Shown: positions 26,651 through 39,963, numbered from the stretch's first letter. The stretch: 64,000 nt of DNA from Paramecium tetraurelia (GCA_000165425.1 CT867995.1:1-64000), one strand, 5' to 3'. Notes: generated from the sequence alone by a model not told the origin. Numbers and translations: made by a program.

Positions 26651-27476
26651 ATGAAAATACAATTAATATTAGTCCTTCTAATAGCTGTCAATACTCAATC
26701 CTTTTTGGAAGAGTCTGCACTCTACTATTAGACTCCCTTCGCTCCCATCATGATCTAAGAGGATGAATTACAACAAGATATCGAAACAGCCATTGCTCCT
26801 GAATAAGAATATGTGTATAATCCAGAGTCTGTCTTATAATCAGCCAAAGAATAATAAATTTTGATTGCCAGAAATTATGAGTAAAACTTGCCTGCAACAG
26901 GTGATTGCATAATATTGTATTCCGAATGCAACTTTAGAGGTTCATCATTCAAGTATTGCAATTAACCAGATGAAGTCTTGTCATTTCAACTCCCCATATA
27001 ATCTGTATATGTTCCCATTGGGTATTGATCATACTTATTAAGATCCTCATTTTAAATGACTGATGCCTTAGAAGGAAACTAAATCAATATGTTATTGAGT
27101 AATGATTGCATTCCCTCTGGTTTACATTTACCAGAACCAGAATTACAAGAAGCATAAGACACTGGCAGCAGTTGGTTTAGTGAATTGAAGGATTCTGAGA
27201 AGGCTGTTCTAGATGAAGGTGACTTGTCAACACCAAAAATATAATACTTTGATAATGATGGAAATGTGATTAGTATGTTTTCATTTGATTAATCTATCAG
27301 GCAGAGAACAATACTAAAAGATGGTTGAAGAAGATGCCAAGAGATCTTACGAAATCTTAAGCGGATAATAAACTCTAGTATCTCCAGGAGAAGAACAGCC
27401 TTAATAAACTGCCACTGCTAATGTTGAAGAAATGCCTGTAGAAAAGGAATAATAATAATAAGAATAATAAGAATGA
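26651..27476 (+). CDS. Secreted acidic protein with a beta/gamma-crystallin-like segment (candidate secretory-granule protein)
   Basis: Signal peptide MKIQLILVLLIAVNTQ; CIILYSECNFRGSSFKYC...PIQSVYVPIG; acidic/Gln-rich tail; two tiny introns. Confidence 0.75.
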
Positions 27477-27560
27477 TAGATTATTATAAATTTTAGAGAA
27501 ACAATAATATTTATATCTTATGTTAATAATAGTATTTATATATCAAATCTTGTAAGCTAT

Positions 27561-29301
27561 TCAAAACTATGAATATACATTTTACTTACATCCTCACTGT
27601 TTATATCATCTGGTAAAATCTTGTCATGTTACTGTTACTGTTGGAGCAACTATTATTGTTTCAGATATTCGTGTTTCTGCCTTTGATTGATTATAGAATA
27701 ATATTTACGCAGCCTACGCTAATTAGACATCCATCATATTAATTCTTAATTTATCCTTGATATTAGATTTTCCCTTTAGTTTTTAGTTCTATTGTTATTA
27801 AAATGGCAATTGGTTTTGTTATTGTTAGAATTACCTATTAAGAATACTGATCAAATATAATTACTAAGCTTAATTGAAATAACAACTGACTTCCGTTGCC
27901 TGCTCTTTTCCTAAATATCCGAAACTACTTTCTTCTGAATCATTCACTCCTGTCTATTAGTAAATATTTCATACTTGAATCATCAGCTAAAAGTGAATCA
28001 CATAGATCTAATTGCTTATAACTAATTTCATATTATTGAATTATTTTATCTGGAACTTATTGTGATTATTATTATAATTATAATTATTATTAATTGTTCT
28101 TTGAAACCTAGGTATGTTTCTGTTATGGTAACATATCAATATTCAAATTTCCTTCAGTGTCATCTTGATTAACATTCTCTGCACTCTGGATAAATTATTC
28201 AAACATTCTATCAAATTTAAATTTATTCAAACTTACTCTATTATCGAACTATCACCCACTCTTTTTAAAAACACCTTCATTAATTGTTCTCTTTATAACA
28301 ACTTTTGTATGGCTTCAAATTACCCTTATACGAGATATTTCAACTCTTATGTTTCTATATCCATATTAATTATACATACCTGATTCTAATTAAATGTTCT
28401 CTTGATTGGAATGGTTCTATTATTACAATTCTGAGATTTACTATTTCAATTAGGTGATCTAATCATTCATTGACATTTTATTTTCTGACAATTAATCATT
28501 TTCCTATTGCAAGACCTCTTGCTTCTTTTTGATTTACAATAACACATTCTCCAACTTCTTCTTGTCCAATTACAACTAATAAGACTATTGTAAGATCTGA
28601 ATCTGCCTTTTGAAGAAATGGTCAATTTGAATGGCTTAGAAAGTATCTTGGGTTGAGGATGGCAAATTGAATTGTTGTTGAGATGCTTGTAGATTTGGTT
28701 CTTAGAACAACACTACCACCAATTGATTCAGGATTTGATTGAATTTAGTCATAAAAGCTAATTCTTTGGCATCTTGTGGCAGATTTTGATCTCTTTCTTA
28801 TAACAATAATTTGATTTTCTCTTTGACTTTTTGAATTTGAGATTGATCACTTGATACACTATTACTGTTGATTTTATTTTTAACTGAATGATGGAAGGAT
28901 GCATTTTTGGTTAGAGCAGGAGATTGTTGTTCGATATGTATCATAGATTGATTCTTGCGTAACTTATGTGAAATCTTCACAGTTTCAATCAATTCGTTGT
29001 TGATGGAGTACTTTTATTTGGTGTTTTATTATTATCCACTAATGACATTCAAAATGCTGCTTAATTTCTGCTAAGAAACAGGTTGATTAATAAATGTCTT
29101 ATTAACTTTCTATAGATTCTCATAAGATTTTTATCTTCCAACGACAGGACTATTGTTGTTTGAGATGTTTTGCGATTAACTTTCAATCTGATTCTTCGAT
29201 CCAGTTTTAATTAACTTCTTCTCCAAGATTTTGCCTTGCAATTTTAACATCTAACTGGCATATATTTATTGAGCTATTCTCTCATTGTCACATTTCTTCA
29301 T
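27561..29301 (-). CDS. Hypothetical Gln-rich coiled-coil protein
   Basis: Frame is continuous from ATG 29301 through ~28380, then several tiny introns; the last intron is followed by TTT TGA at 27561. Confidence 0.7.
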
Positions 29302-30449
29302 AATAATTAATAATCTAAACTAATTATATTAAACCATGAAGAATAATTTGAACAACATCAACTACAACCAAGAAAGAAGACTGCTCACTAAATATGTGAT
29401 TTGAACCACCAGCTTACTTAATTAGAAAATTAACACTCATAAGAATTTAGACAATAACCTTGATTCCAAAAAGAATTTGACCGCCTTCAGTATCAATAAC
29501 AAGAAGGATATCTAAATCCAATAATAATGACTCTTCTAAATTAAGAATTTTAGATCTACTATGTGCAAGTCATGATCTTTCTCTTTTGATTTAAAATAAT
29601 CAAGATCTTAAGAATACAGAAAATACTCATCGGCTTCAAAGAACCCAGATGAAGTCCTGTGATATGAAGTTAGATAAAAGAGAAGATATCTAAGAAATTA
29701 TGTAAAATATATTGATTTCCTATACAAAATTTTAGATGTAATTGTATAAACAATTTAAAATTATAATAGAGAATAACTCATATTTTCATTATGCCTAAAA
29801 ACGTCGATTTTGATATTAGCTAACCATTGTCAATTGGTTCCAATTAGCTATACTTTTTGGACTCTCCAAATCTTATATTATTATTTCATAAATCAATTTT
29901 ACCTCTCAAACATTTTGTATGATTTATAAGATAATTTATTAAGCCAATTTATTATTTCAACATTACTATTGAGTTTTTTATCAATCTTTTGTTGAAATGG
30001 ATTTTTGCATAAGCTAATTTAATAATGAATAATTATTGATTATATTTTATTTTATGAATCAATACCATCAATTCTAGTTCAATTTTTACTAATTATATAA
30101 TTTAATTTGCATTACTATTTAGGAAATTAAGATTGTCCACGATTGATTTATCCTATATTCTCCTAACATATTATTTTAAATTAGTTAATTATATTGATAT
30201 ATTTTTAGAAGTCTAATTAATTGATTGTTAAACAATTATTTTAAAAAATAGATTTTGTCTATAAAGATAAAGCTTAGGATCAATTTAGATTGAATTCTTC
30301 AATAGAGAGCTAATTTAATTAACTTATCTTAACAAACATAAAATAGATTGGTAGCATAATCATATAATAACTCCGTAAACAAAATGATAATAGATAAATT
30401 GAATGTTTAAACAAATTTAATATTATTTATTTATAATAATTACATATAT

Positions 30450-31739
30450 TCAATTATTAAAATTCTAAATGCTAGTTTGTATATAATGATATACTTCTTT
30501 AATCTACACAAATTTTTTAGTCTGTTTGTTAATTTTATTATACACTGTAAAATTATTTTGATCATGAATAATTAAATTAAATTTAGCGTGATCATATTCT
30601 TATTCTCCTCTTCTTTCTGCCTTCTATGTGAATCCTTGAGCTCTCAGATAAGATTGAAAATCATTTGGAGCAGGTTGTTTTCGATTTCTTTGAATATTAT
30701 ACTAATCAAATTCCCTCAAAATCATACTAACCCATTGTTCATTCTCTCTATTATAAATGTCTTTAGAGACCAAATCCTTTAACAATTTCTTATAATCTAT
30801 GCTTTGATTTTGAGTGATTTTCTAAAAAACTATCCGTATTGCTTCTCTTAAATCTTAATTTTCTTTATATTTCTAAAAGATTTCAGTGGCTAATTTACTC
30901 TGATCAATGTTGGGTCTTTGATCCCATTTTTCAAATAAAATTTTATCTTTTTCGCAATACAAATGATAGAATTGAGTGAAAATATCTAATTATGATGCTA
31001 TCCCTGTAATTTCACGTACAATAATTTAGATAACATTCTTTATAAGGTTGTAAAATGTTCCTTGCATTTCTGATGAATCAAATAATTATTCAAACATTTT
31101 CTAAAAGAAATTGGATTCTGTGAAGAATTCGGTTGAAATTACAATATTTTAATCTAGTCTTTCAATCTTTTTAAGGTAAATGTCAAATAAGAATTAGTTA
31201 AACTTTTATTAATATCTAGATTCTAATGATTTTACGTATTTGCTGCATATCAACTTACTGATTATCATTCTGAATCTATTCCTGATAACTACTTATGCCA
31301 TACCTTTATTCTAAAATATAATAATTTAATACAGACTAAAAATAAGCCTCATAAACTGAAAGTAAATCATCAACATATGTAATCTCAAATGATTTAGGTT
31401 CTAGTAAGACTTTCAATATGAATTCCTGGACATCCTTTATCTCTTATTGATGTATCATCGAACATATTTGAGTAATGGATGTTTTATTCACAAATCCAAA
31501 CCATGTATCTCGTATCAATTGTCTGAATTCTGGTTCTTTCTATGCTTTTTGGTTAATTTGTGATATTTGACTGATAAATGAGTTCTTAAAGCTATCTCCC
31601 AATTGCAAATGCTACACCATTTGTTCATAAAACCTATTAATGAAGATGACTATTACATTTTCTATACTTGCTCAAGGTTTTAGGGGAGATAATAATGGTA
31701 CTAATTCAAGTATTCAAAGACTTTGGCTGTAGGCTTCAT
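30450..31739 (-). CDS. Hypothetical alpha-helical protein
   Basis: ~410-codon frame under TAR=Gln with at least two canonical tiny introns; the 3' end is approximate. Confidence 0.7.
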
Positions 31740-31855
31740 TTAATTATAAATTGTAATATTTACAAAAATATTTTGGAAAGAAATGAATTATCTTAAATTC
31801 AATTGAAAAAGGAAGCAAATCAAAAAATACTAGATAATATGGTATGATATGTTAA

Positions 31856-32427
31856 TCATTGTTCTTATTCTGAAAGAGCAGTTCCTTCAAGAGCTTAAGA
31901 TTGTAATTCTTCCTTTGTCTCTTACTCTAATTGGTCTTCTCTAATGATGTTATCCATGTCAGTTTATAATTTGATCATGGCTGGACCCCTTTCAATTTCT
32001 TGGGTCATTTGCAAATATGCATTATAGAGTTACTTTGGTAAATGATCACCTGCATCCTATTCAAGGATATTTCCATTGACATCAGTAACAGTGTAAGAGA
32101 AGACTCCTGCATTGTTGGATAAATCAGTGACTTGACCCACAACTCCTGGAACATATTATTCATTGGTTTGGACTAAGGAAGCATGTTTCTTGGCTTATTT
32201 ATCATGCTTGGTGTCTTCTGAGGTTATTTATGCCCAATGTTCTATTTAAATGAAGAGATCGTACGAGCTTCCTTTGGGTTGAGGTGATAATCAGAATCTC
32301 CCAAGTTGACAAATTCCATGAAGGCACTATTGAAGACTCTCTTCTGATGAACTGCTCCGTGAGACTTTCTAACATGTCCAGCTTGAGTGGCTATAAGTAA
32401 AGCACAAATAAGAAGGGACTTATACAT
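31856..32427 (-). CDS. Secreted precursor-like protein (signal peptide, basic segment, acidic C-terminus)
   Basis: MYKSLLICALLIATQA signal peptide; one 23-nt intron; KHDKQAKKHASLVQ; acidic tail; TGA at 31856. Confidence 0.85.
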
Positions 32428-32501
32428 TTCGATAATAATAATAATAATAATCGTTTTTGCACTTTTTACATTTGGTAAATTATTTTTAATTAATAAATAA
32501 C

Positions 32502-33136
32502 TCAACTTTATGGATCCTTGGCTGTTAGCACAAACAAACTCATTAAACCAATCATCACGAATTTCAATGAAGGATAGTCATTCAGTAATATAGTGATGTA
32601 TCCCACATATGGCAACACTCTAAAAATATGTAACCTATATGAACCCTTCTATTTTTCCCATGATGTCTGATCGTTCCAGCCACATCTGTTTTCTTGGATA
32701 CAAGGCTCGGTCATCCACTTGATTATTATCACCTTTGGTCAATATCAACTAATCCATAGGATCTTCACTCCTATTCACTATATTATCTGCATTCTTACTT
32801 CTATTGAATTTGCAATACTCTATGCACAATTGGAATGTCTTAATCTTTGATCTTATACACAATCACATCTCCCACCTCAAATGGCTTGTTGAAGTAGGTC
32901 AAGAATAGTATATCACCTCTGTAATATGCAGGCTCCATTGATCCAGACAAAACAACGACCACTGGAGATTCTGAAAATGACACGACTTATAAACTCTTCC
33001 AAATTGACAATGCTGATCCTACTACTATTGCTAATGAAACTATTTGCAATATTATCTGCATGTATATCATTTCTCATTATACCTTTCTGAACTTCATGTG
33101 TCTGAATTCATCCACGTAGCCAAGAATGACATCCAT
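32502..33136 (-). CDS. SEC11: Signal peptidase complex catalytic subunit
   Basis: [43 protein letters not shown] and LPYVGYITI; three tiny introns. Confidence 0.96.
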
Positions 33137-33202
33137 TATTTTATTTTTAATTTATTTAATTACATATTTGATTTGTATTACAAATTAATAGAAATATTAA
33201 AA

Positions 33203-35320
33203 ATGAGTCTCTAAGTCTATCAAGCACCACCATCCCAACTTATTAACTCCTATCTGATCACACTTATAGATGGAACTGGATCTATGGCTTAAGAGTATGA
33301 ATAAGCAGTCAAAGCATATTAATAAGTCTTCTCCTATCTTGGAAATCAGAAGTTAGATTATCAATTCCAATCTCAACTCTATCCAATCCTTCCCTATGTT
33401 GGAGTCAATGGATGTGGAGGAAACATCACAAAAACCTTCAAAGAATTATTTTCGATACTCCTTAGTAAACAACACCCTGTCCCAAAAAACATTACAATAT
33501 TATTTGTGAGTGATGGCAGAGAATCCTTTGATCTTAATTAGCTTCAAACTCAAATCTAAGAAATGAAGAAAATATATATGATCCAATTCATTAGTTTAGC
33601 TGTAGGAGACAGATTCCCTAATGAAATCAGCAATATCTTAAGAAACAAAATTCATAACCATGATCCTAACTTTTAATCACTATTTAAAGTTAAGAGACAA
33701 TATACAAGTACTAAAGAAGTCATCTATTAAAATTTTCTTAATTGCTTTTTATAAATCAAACCATTAATCCAAGTTCAAGATGGAATCATTCAAATTAATT
33801 AGTAGGTCTAATAAACTCTTGTATCCCCATTGTCAAATTAAGTAATTGCAGGTAGTCACTTTTGTGCCAAATCAGATGGCAAACAAGATAACGAAATTTG
33901 TGCTGGACCTACTAAATTACAACCCAAAACTACGGACAAAGATATCAATGAATTTATCATTGGTTCCTTATCATAAGCCATCAATGATCAGATTGCTAAC
34001 AAAAAAAGAGACACTCAATTATTCAAAAAGATCTCTGAAGCAGCCCCTCAACTTTTAAAGTAAATAAAATCAGTTGTATCTACTCCAGAAGAACAAAGCA
34101 AAAGTCAAGAAGTTTATTCATTACTAGATGAATTACTATCCTAAAATTTATAATTGCAGACCATGAGTGAGAATCAAATCACCTAATTATAACGAGGATT
34201 ATTCGATCAATAAGTGTCTTTGAATTAAATTATTAATGTTAATTCGCTCGATATTAAAAAGAAGATTGTTACACCTGAAATGTTAAATGAAAGACTAGCA
34301 GAATAATATCAAAAATTAATTGCTCCAGACACCTTTCAAGAACCAGATAACTTAAAAAACTAATAATTAACTTTACTTGATTCTACCGAATTGATTATTA
34401 TTGAAACTCTTAATAATCACATTTCATATATTCAAAGCAATCTAAATGCAGATCATACCAAACTGTTAACGGATTTTCTCACTTCAACATAAGAATCTCT
34501 AATTAAAGTATTTTCTGCTTCAGATTTTAAAGTTGAATAAGATGAATAAATTGTATCTTTCAAATAGATGAACAATTTGTTCTAATTAATAGATTAGACC
34601 ATCAAGAGATTAATTAGCATTTAAAACTTCTTAGTTCTTGTGAAGAAATATCAATAGAAAACTTAAGTTATTGAAGGTGTGGATGCATCAAATGCTTTGT
34701 TTTCATCTAATGATGATTATAAATATTTACCAAAGGAACTGTAAATTTTATTAAAGGAAGGTTTAGAACTGGAAGAGGCTGAAAAATGCTTAATACTTAT
34801 AGTGGATATAAATGATTCAATGAAGAATGAATCCTAAATTGCTATTGAATCATTTTAGACACAATTTAAAGATATTCCAGAAAAAAAGAAAGTAATTTTA
34901 GTGTGGTAAAATAATAAATTTTAGTAATAATAACAATAATAATAATAATAATAGTAATAATATGAAAGCTTATTAGAATAATTTAAATAACTTGATCAAT
35001 AGTATGATTTATCTAATAAAAGAAATAGAATTTGTGTAGTTACTGATGGATAAACTAATTATTAGCAATTACATAAATCGTTTAAAGTTGTAAGGTTTCA
35101 TTATTCTTTCTAAATCATTTATTTAACTATTGGATCCTAAATAAATTCTAAAATTGGAAATGAACTAAAATCAAAATACTAAGACAGAAACATTAGAGGA
35201 TGTCCTTTATTGTTTAATGTACCAAGATCTATTGTCTAATCAACATAAAATACATCTTAAAGAACGAAAGACGCATTTAATAGATGTTTTGAAGATATTT
35301 ACAAACATTTTATAAAATGA
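33203..35320 (+). CDS. Protein with two von Willebrand A domains
   Basis: N-terminal vWA (LITLIDGTGSM...ILFVSDG...FISLAVG) and C-terminal vWA (LILIVDINDSM...ICVVTDG...IIYLTIG); no intron needed. Confidence 0.82.
34921..34960 (+). repeat. TAA/TAG/CAA trinucleotide run encoding poly-Gln inside the vWA gene
   Basis: ttagtaataataacaataataataataataatagtaataa, in frame within the CDS. Confidence 0.85.
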
Positions 35321-35343
35321 ATTATGCTAATTCATATAAATAA

Positions 35344-36395
35344 TCATAAGAAATCATAATTAAATTGACCTATTTGCTTTTCCTCTTCTATTTTATTAAT
35401 TTCAGTCAATAGTTCCTAAAACTAATCTTAATTTTAATTTTCATATCCTTCCAAAAATGGTTTAATTTCTTGAGATTTTTTTTATATCTAGAAATATTAT
35501 CAAGATTACATTTCCCTTTTTCAATCCAGCCAATCCCTAAATAAGATTCTTAAATTCATCAACCAACTCTCCTATTTTATCTTAAGCTGTTATATCTTGC
35601 AATTCTATTGGTTTTTATTTGCTTCTTTTTCCAGTTGATAAACGAGTAGTATTTTAATTGATATGTTATGCATATTCTGCTAACTTTTTAAGAGGACGCA
35701 CGATGTAATAAGCGAATATCCATCCAAGTAGCAAGATTAATAAGAATGAGCCGCTAATCAAATAAATAGTATAGAGCAGATTAGCGTTGAATTCATCATC
35801 TGAATTTTATAAAATTTCATCAGCTTAATTGTACTCATTTATTTCGTCCATATAAAGCTTGATTACGGATGATTTGTTACTACTACGAAAGAATTCGAGG
35901 AACTTGAATAATTTCCAGCTAGATAGCAATTACTATTAACACATTTAGAAAATGTATTATTGCCATTTTACAATTGAGAAGCCTAATAATATGGAGTAAG
36001 AAGTACAAAATTAATGGTTTCAATGATGGATTCATTTGTGACTACAGGATAAGTTTAAACTAATGCAGAATCGAATGATGATTAATTTTATACTGTAATC
36101 TGACAAGTCCATGTGCAGACTGCAGTCTTCAGGCATGTAAGGGATACATACATGTGCTATCTGTGTAATTTTTGACTGCATTTTAAGCGAATAGAGTGAA
36201 AAAATGTTTGCTGACATAGAGACCAATGATAACTTGGGAGGTAACAAACAATAAAGTGATGAATGTGAGTAGGAAGAGTGAAATCATAATTTGATTGAGT
36301 ATACTCCAGTTCGATTTGATTTCGAAGAAGCAAAATTTTCTGGAGATGGGTTTTTTGACAAAATTCCTGGACTCTCTGGGTTTAAATTAATACAT
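35344..36395 (-). CDS. Two-TM membrane protein with an extracytoplasmic loop and a HAMP-like domain
   Basis: TM1 IMISLFLLTFITLLFVTSQVIIGLYV; TM2 LLYTIYLISGSFLLILLLGWIFAYYI; then VRPLKKLAEYAQHIN...QDKIGELVDEFKNLIQGL. The model needs tiny introns of 25, 34, 23 and 22 nt, plus possibly an in-frame 24-nt one. Confidence 0.7.
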
Positions 36396-36498
36396 GTTTT
36401 TTAAAATAATGAGTAGAGTAAATGATTATAGTATAAACTTCTGTTAATTCATAAAAATTGATTCGTTTTGGTAATAAATATAATATTAATTAATCTAT

Positions 36499-39027
36499 AT
36501 GAGCTTGTTTAGATCAGAGTAGATGGAATTCTATAATCTGGTTATTCCAAGAGAGTCAGCATGGGATGTAATGAACACATTAGGATATTTTGATAGCGTT
36601 CACATTATAGATTATGATCCGAATTTACCCTAAATAAATAGGCCATTTTCAAATTATGTGAAGAGGTATTTCATTTAGAGATTTAAGATGTGATGATGTG
36701 ATGCAGAAGATTGAGTAGATAGATAGTGAGATGAGAAATTTCAAGATTGAAAAGAGATATTGTCCAGATGTTATAGATTTATTGAAGAAGAGAAATGGGA
36801 CTCATAAACAATTTGAAGAATTGGAATAGGATATATGTAAAGTGGCAGATGATTTGGAACATCAATAACAAACAATGAATAGTTTATAAGAGAAGAAAAA
36901 CACAATAAGGGAGAATTTGGAAGTGTTAAGAAATGCAGTGGCATTTTAGAATGAGGATTCGGAAGAGGCTAGTTTGTTGGGATTTCAGAAGATGGTTGGA
37001 GTTATATTGAAAGAAGATGAAATGAGATTCAAAAGGATAATCTTTAGAATAACAAAGGGCAACATTCACGTTGATATTATGGACATCCAAGAACATTTCA
37101 TATAATAGGATAGAAGGATAGTATAGAAGTGTGTGTTTATGCTCATTTATCCAAATGGAGACTTGACTCAAAAGAAAATCCAGAGAGTAATTGAGTCTTT
37201 TTCATGCAATAAATTTGATATCCCAACATCAAGTGACTAACATGCTTAGAGAATTACAATGTTGGAGAATCAATTGAGTGAGGCAGATTAATTGTTGCAT
37301 TTGACTATTACTCAAATTAACAAAAGGTTGCAGGATTTGGCAGAGGTTAAACACAACTGTTCTTGGATTGAAGAGATGAGAATCTTGGTAACAAAAGAGA
37401 GGTATTTGTACATGAATTTGAATATGTTGAATATGACAAACTCCGTATTTCATGGTCAGATATGGTTACCATAAGGTTAGGATTAAAAAATTTAATAGGC
37501 TCTACGAAACTTACATGGTAATGATAAATAAATACCTAGTGGTTAAATCTAGGAATGTTAAACTCAATTAACTCCTCCTACATATTATAAATTAAATTAA
37601 TTTACATATCCCTTTTAGGAAATTGTCAATACTTATGGCATACCCAGATACAAGGAAATCAATCCAGGCTTGTCTACTATCATAACATTCCCATTTCTAG
37701 TTGGTGTGATGTTTGGTGATATTGGTCATGGGTATAATATATTAAATTATTAAGAGTTTGTTATTGTTTGTTTGTGGATTGTATCTCACAACTGAAGATG
37801 CAAGGAAATCAATCTTCTCTGGAATAGTCCCCATGAGATATATGATACTCCTCATTGGATTCTTTGCTTGTTACAATGGACTCATTTACAACGATTTTCT
37901 ATCCATAGGCTTAAACTTATTTGGAAGTTGTTACAATTTGGTAGATGGTGAATATGAACTTCAAGAAGATTGTGTCTATAAATTTGGAATAGATCCAGCA
38001 TGGGGATCTTCAGCCAATCAATTGACTTTCATGAATTCATTCAAAATGAAATTGGCAGTCATCATCGGAGTCACTCACATGACTTTCGGTATCATTTTGA
38101 AAGGATTCAACACTCTACACTTTAACAACTATTTGGATTTCTTTTGTGAATTCATTCCATAATTCCTTTTATTACTCTGTAGTTTTGGTTACATGGATTT
38201 CTTATTGTTTTTGAAATGGTCTACCAAATTTGAAGATACTAAAGATGCTCCTAGTGTAATCACAACTATGATTGACATGGTGTTAAGACCTTTTGATGTC
38301 CCTGAGAAACCATTGTTCGAATCTGGGGAGTAATAGAGATTTATCCAACTTCTGTTATTAACCATAATAACCTTCTGCATTCCAATTATGTTAATTACAA
38401 AACCACTTATTTTCAGTTTACGTAAGAAGAATCATCATCAATATTAATAAATACCCTCTTAAGTACCTGAGGAAGATCCCAATCCAGAATAATTACAACA
38501 TGATATGTAAAAAGAGTAATCACAACCACATAGTAAATTGTCTATTTAATAACATAATGAACATGATGATATTGGTGAATTAATTGTCCATCAATGTATA
38601 ATTTATATTGATTATTCATAGCCATTGAAACTATCGAATTTGTTCTAGGAAGTGTTAGCAATACAGCATCTTATTTAAGATTGTGGGCATTATCCTTAGC
38701 TCATTCACAATTAGCTGAAGTCTTCTTCTCCATGACTATAGCCAGTCACATTGGCGAAGGAGGATTCTTTGGAACCATAGGAGTATTCATCTGCATTTAC
38801 ATTTTAGTCTGTCGTACAATTCCCAGGATTTGCTTTGGCCACTTTTGGAGTCTTGATGTGTATGGATCTTATGGAGTGTTTCTTGCATGCCCTTCGATTA
38901 CAATGGTATGATCTCTAATCACTATTTATTTAGGGTTGAATTCTAAAGCAAATTCTACAAAGCTGATGGGTACCTGTTTAAAGCATACTCATTCACAAAT
39001 ATCAAAACCAATAAAGAAGATGATTGA
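36499..39027 (+). CDS. V-type ATPase V0 subunit a isoform
   Basis: [84 protein letters not shown] and [17 protein letters not shown]. Confidence 0.98.
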
Positions 39028-39038
39028 TGTCTTAAATA

Positions 39039-39914
39039 TCATAAAAATATAAACCAAATTAAAATTATCATCAATATTAGTAATGGGATTAAGTAAATGG
39101 AGATTGGCCATTGCCATTACTCAACCAGACTTATTCTCTCCTTCTTATAAGTCAACTTGGCTCCATATTCTAAAGCATATTTCATTGGTCCTGTAAAAGT
39201 GAACTTTACAAAATGAGCGTGTTCCCAAACTTTTTAGTGTTTCTGTATTAAAACTAAAAAGGCAATTGTCATATATAAGGTGAACCCATATAGTATTTCT
39301 TCAAAACCTATATCCAAAGCTGCAGTTTCTGCAGACTTGAAATACTTTGCTACCAACCTAGGTCCGAAATAATGTTAACTCTTTTTTATTTTGAATATGG
39401 GATCATCAAAATAAGCGAGCTTAATCCATTTTGCTAATTATATTTCATTTTCAGATAATTTCATCTTATCAGTTTTTTTCAAAGGATCATTGATTGCTAT
39501 AACGAAAGCACTGCAATATAAAGACTTACTGTTTCTCAATTTCTTCATATAAGCATTTTTAGAGAGTCGACATACATAATAACATTCTAAATCATTTAAA
39601 TTTATTCCCACTTCTTCATGTACTTCTCTTACTGCAGCTTATAAATCAGTTTCATCATTGTCGCATTTGCCCCCTGGGAAGGCGATTTCACCACTATATT
39701 AATCTCTATTTGAGTATTATCTCTAAATATAAAGTATTTCAATGTCTTGCTATTCTTGAAATTTGGTGCATTAAGGATTGTTGACATTCAGTTAAGAATA
39801 GCCTTATTATGGTTTGAATCGGCCTCTCAAGAGTATACAAACTGCAGATTGAGCAGCAGTCGGAGTATTGGTATAGGGTTTATATTATTATTGAGGTGGA
39901 ATTAAATTTAGCAT
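39039..39914 (-). CDS. Nudix hydrolase, CoA-pyrophosphatase-like, with a C-terminal hydrophobic tail
   Basis: SAVCILL; R...YSGEIAFPGGKCDNDETDLQAAVREVHEEVG (Nudix box with the upstream CoAse-type motif); ILYGFTL. Confidence 0.9.
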
Positions 39915-39963
39915 ATGATTATTATTATTAATATACATTATTTAGCATAATATTATGTTTTGG

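Noticed and set aside
28496..29301. Separate gene ending at TGA 28496
   Set aside because: That TGA is out of frame; the ORF continues into 28476-27561 as one gene.
29330..30440. Possible plus-strand gene or pseudogene
   Set aside because: Multiple in-frame TGAs, no consistent start or intron model, and no recognisable domain.
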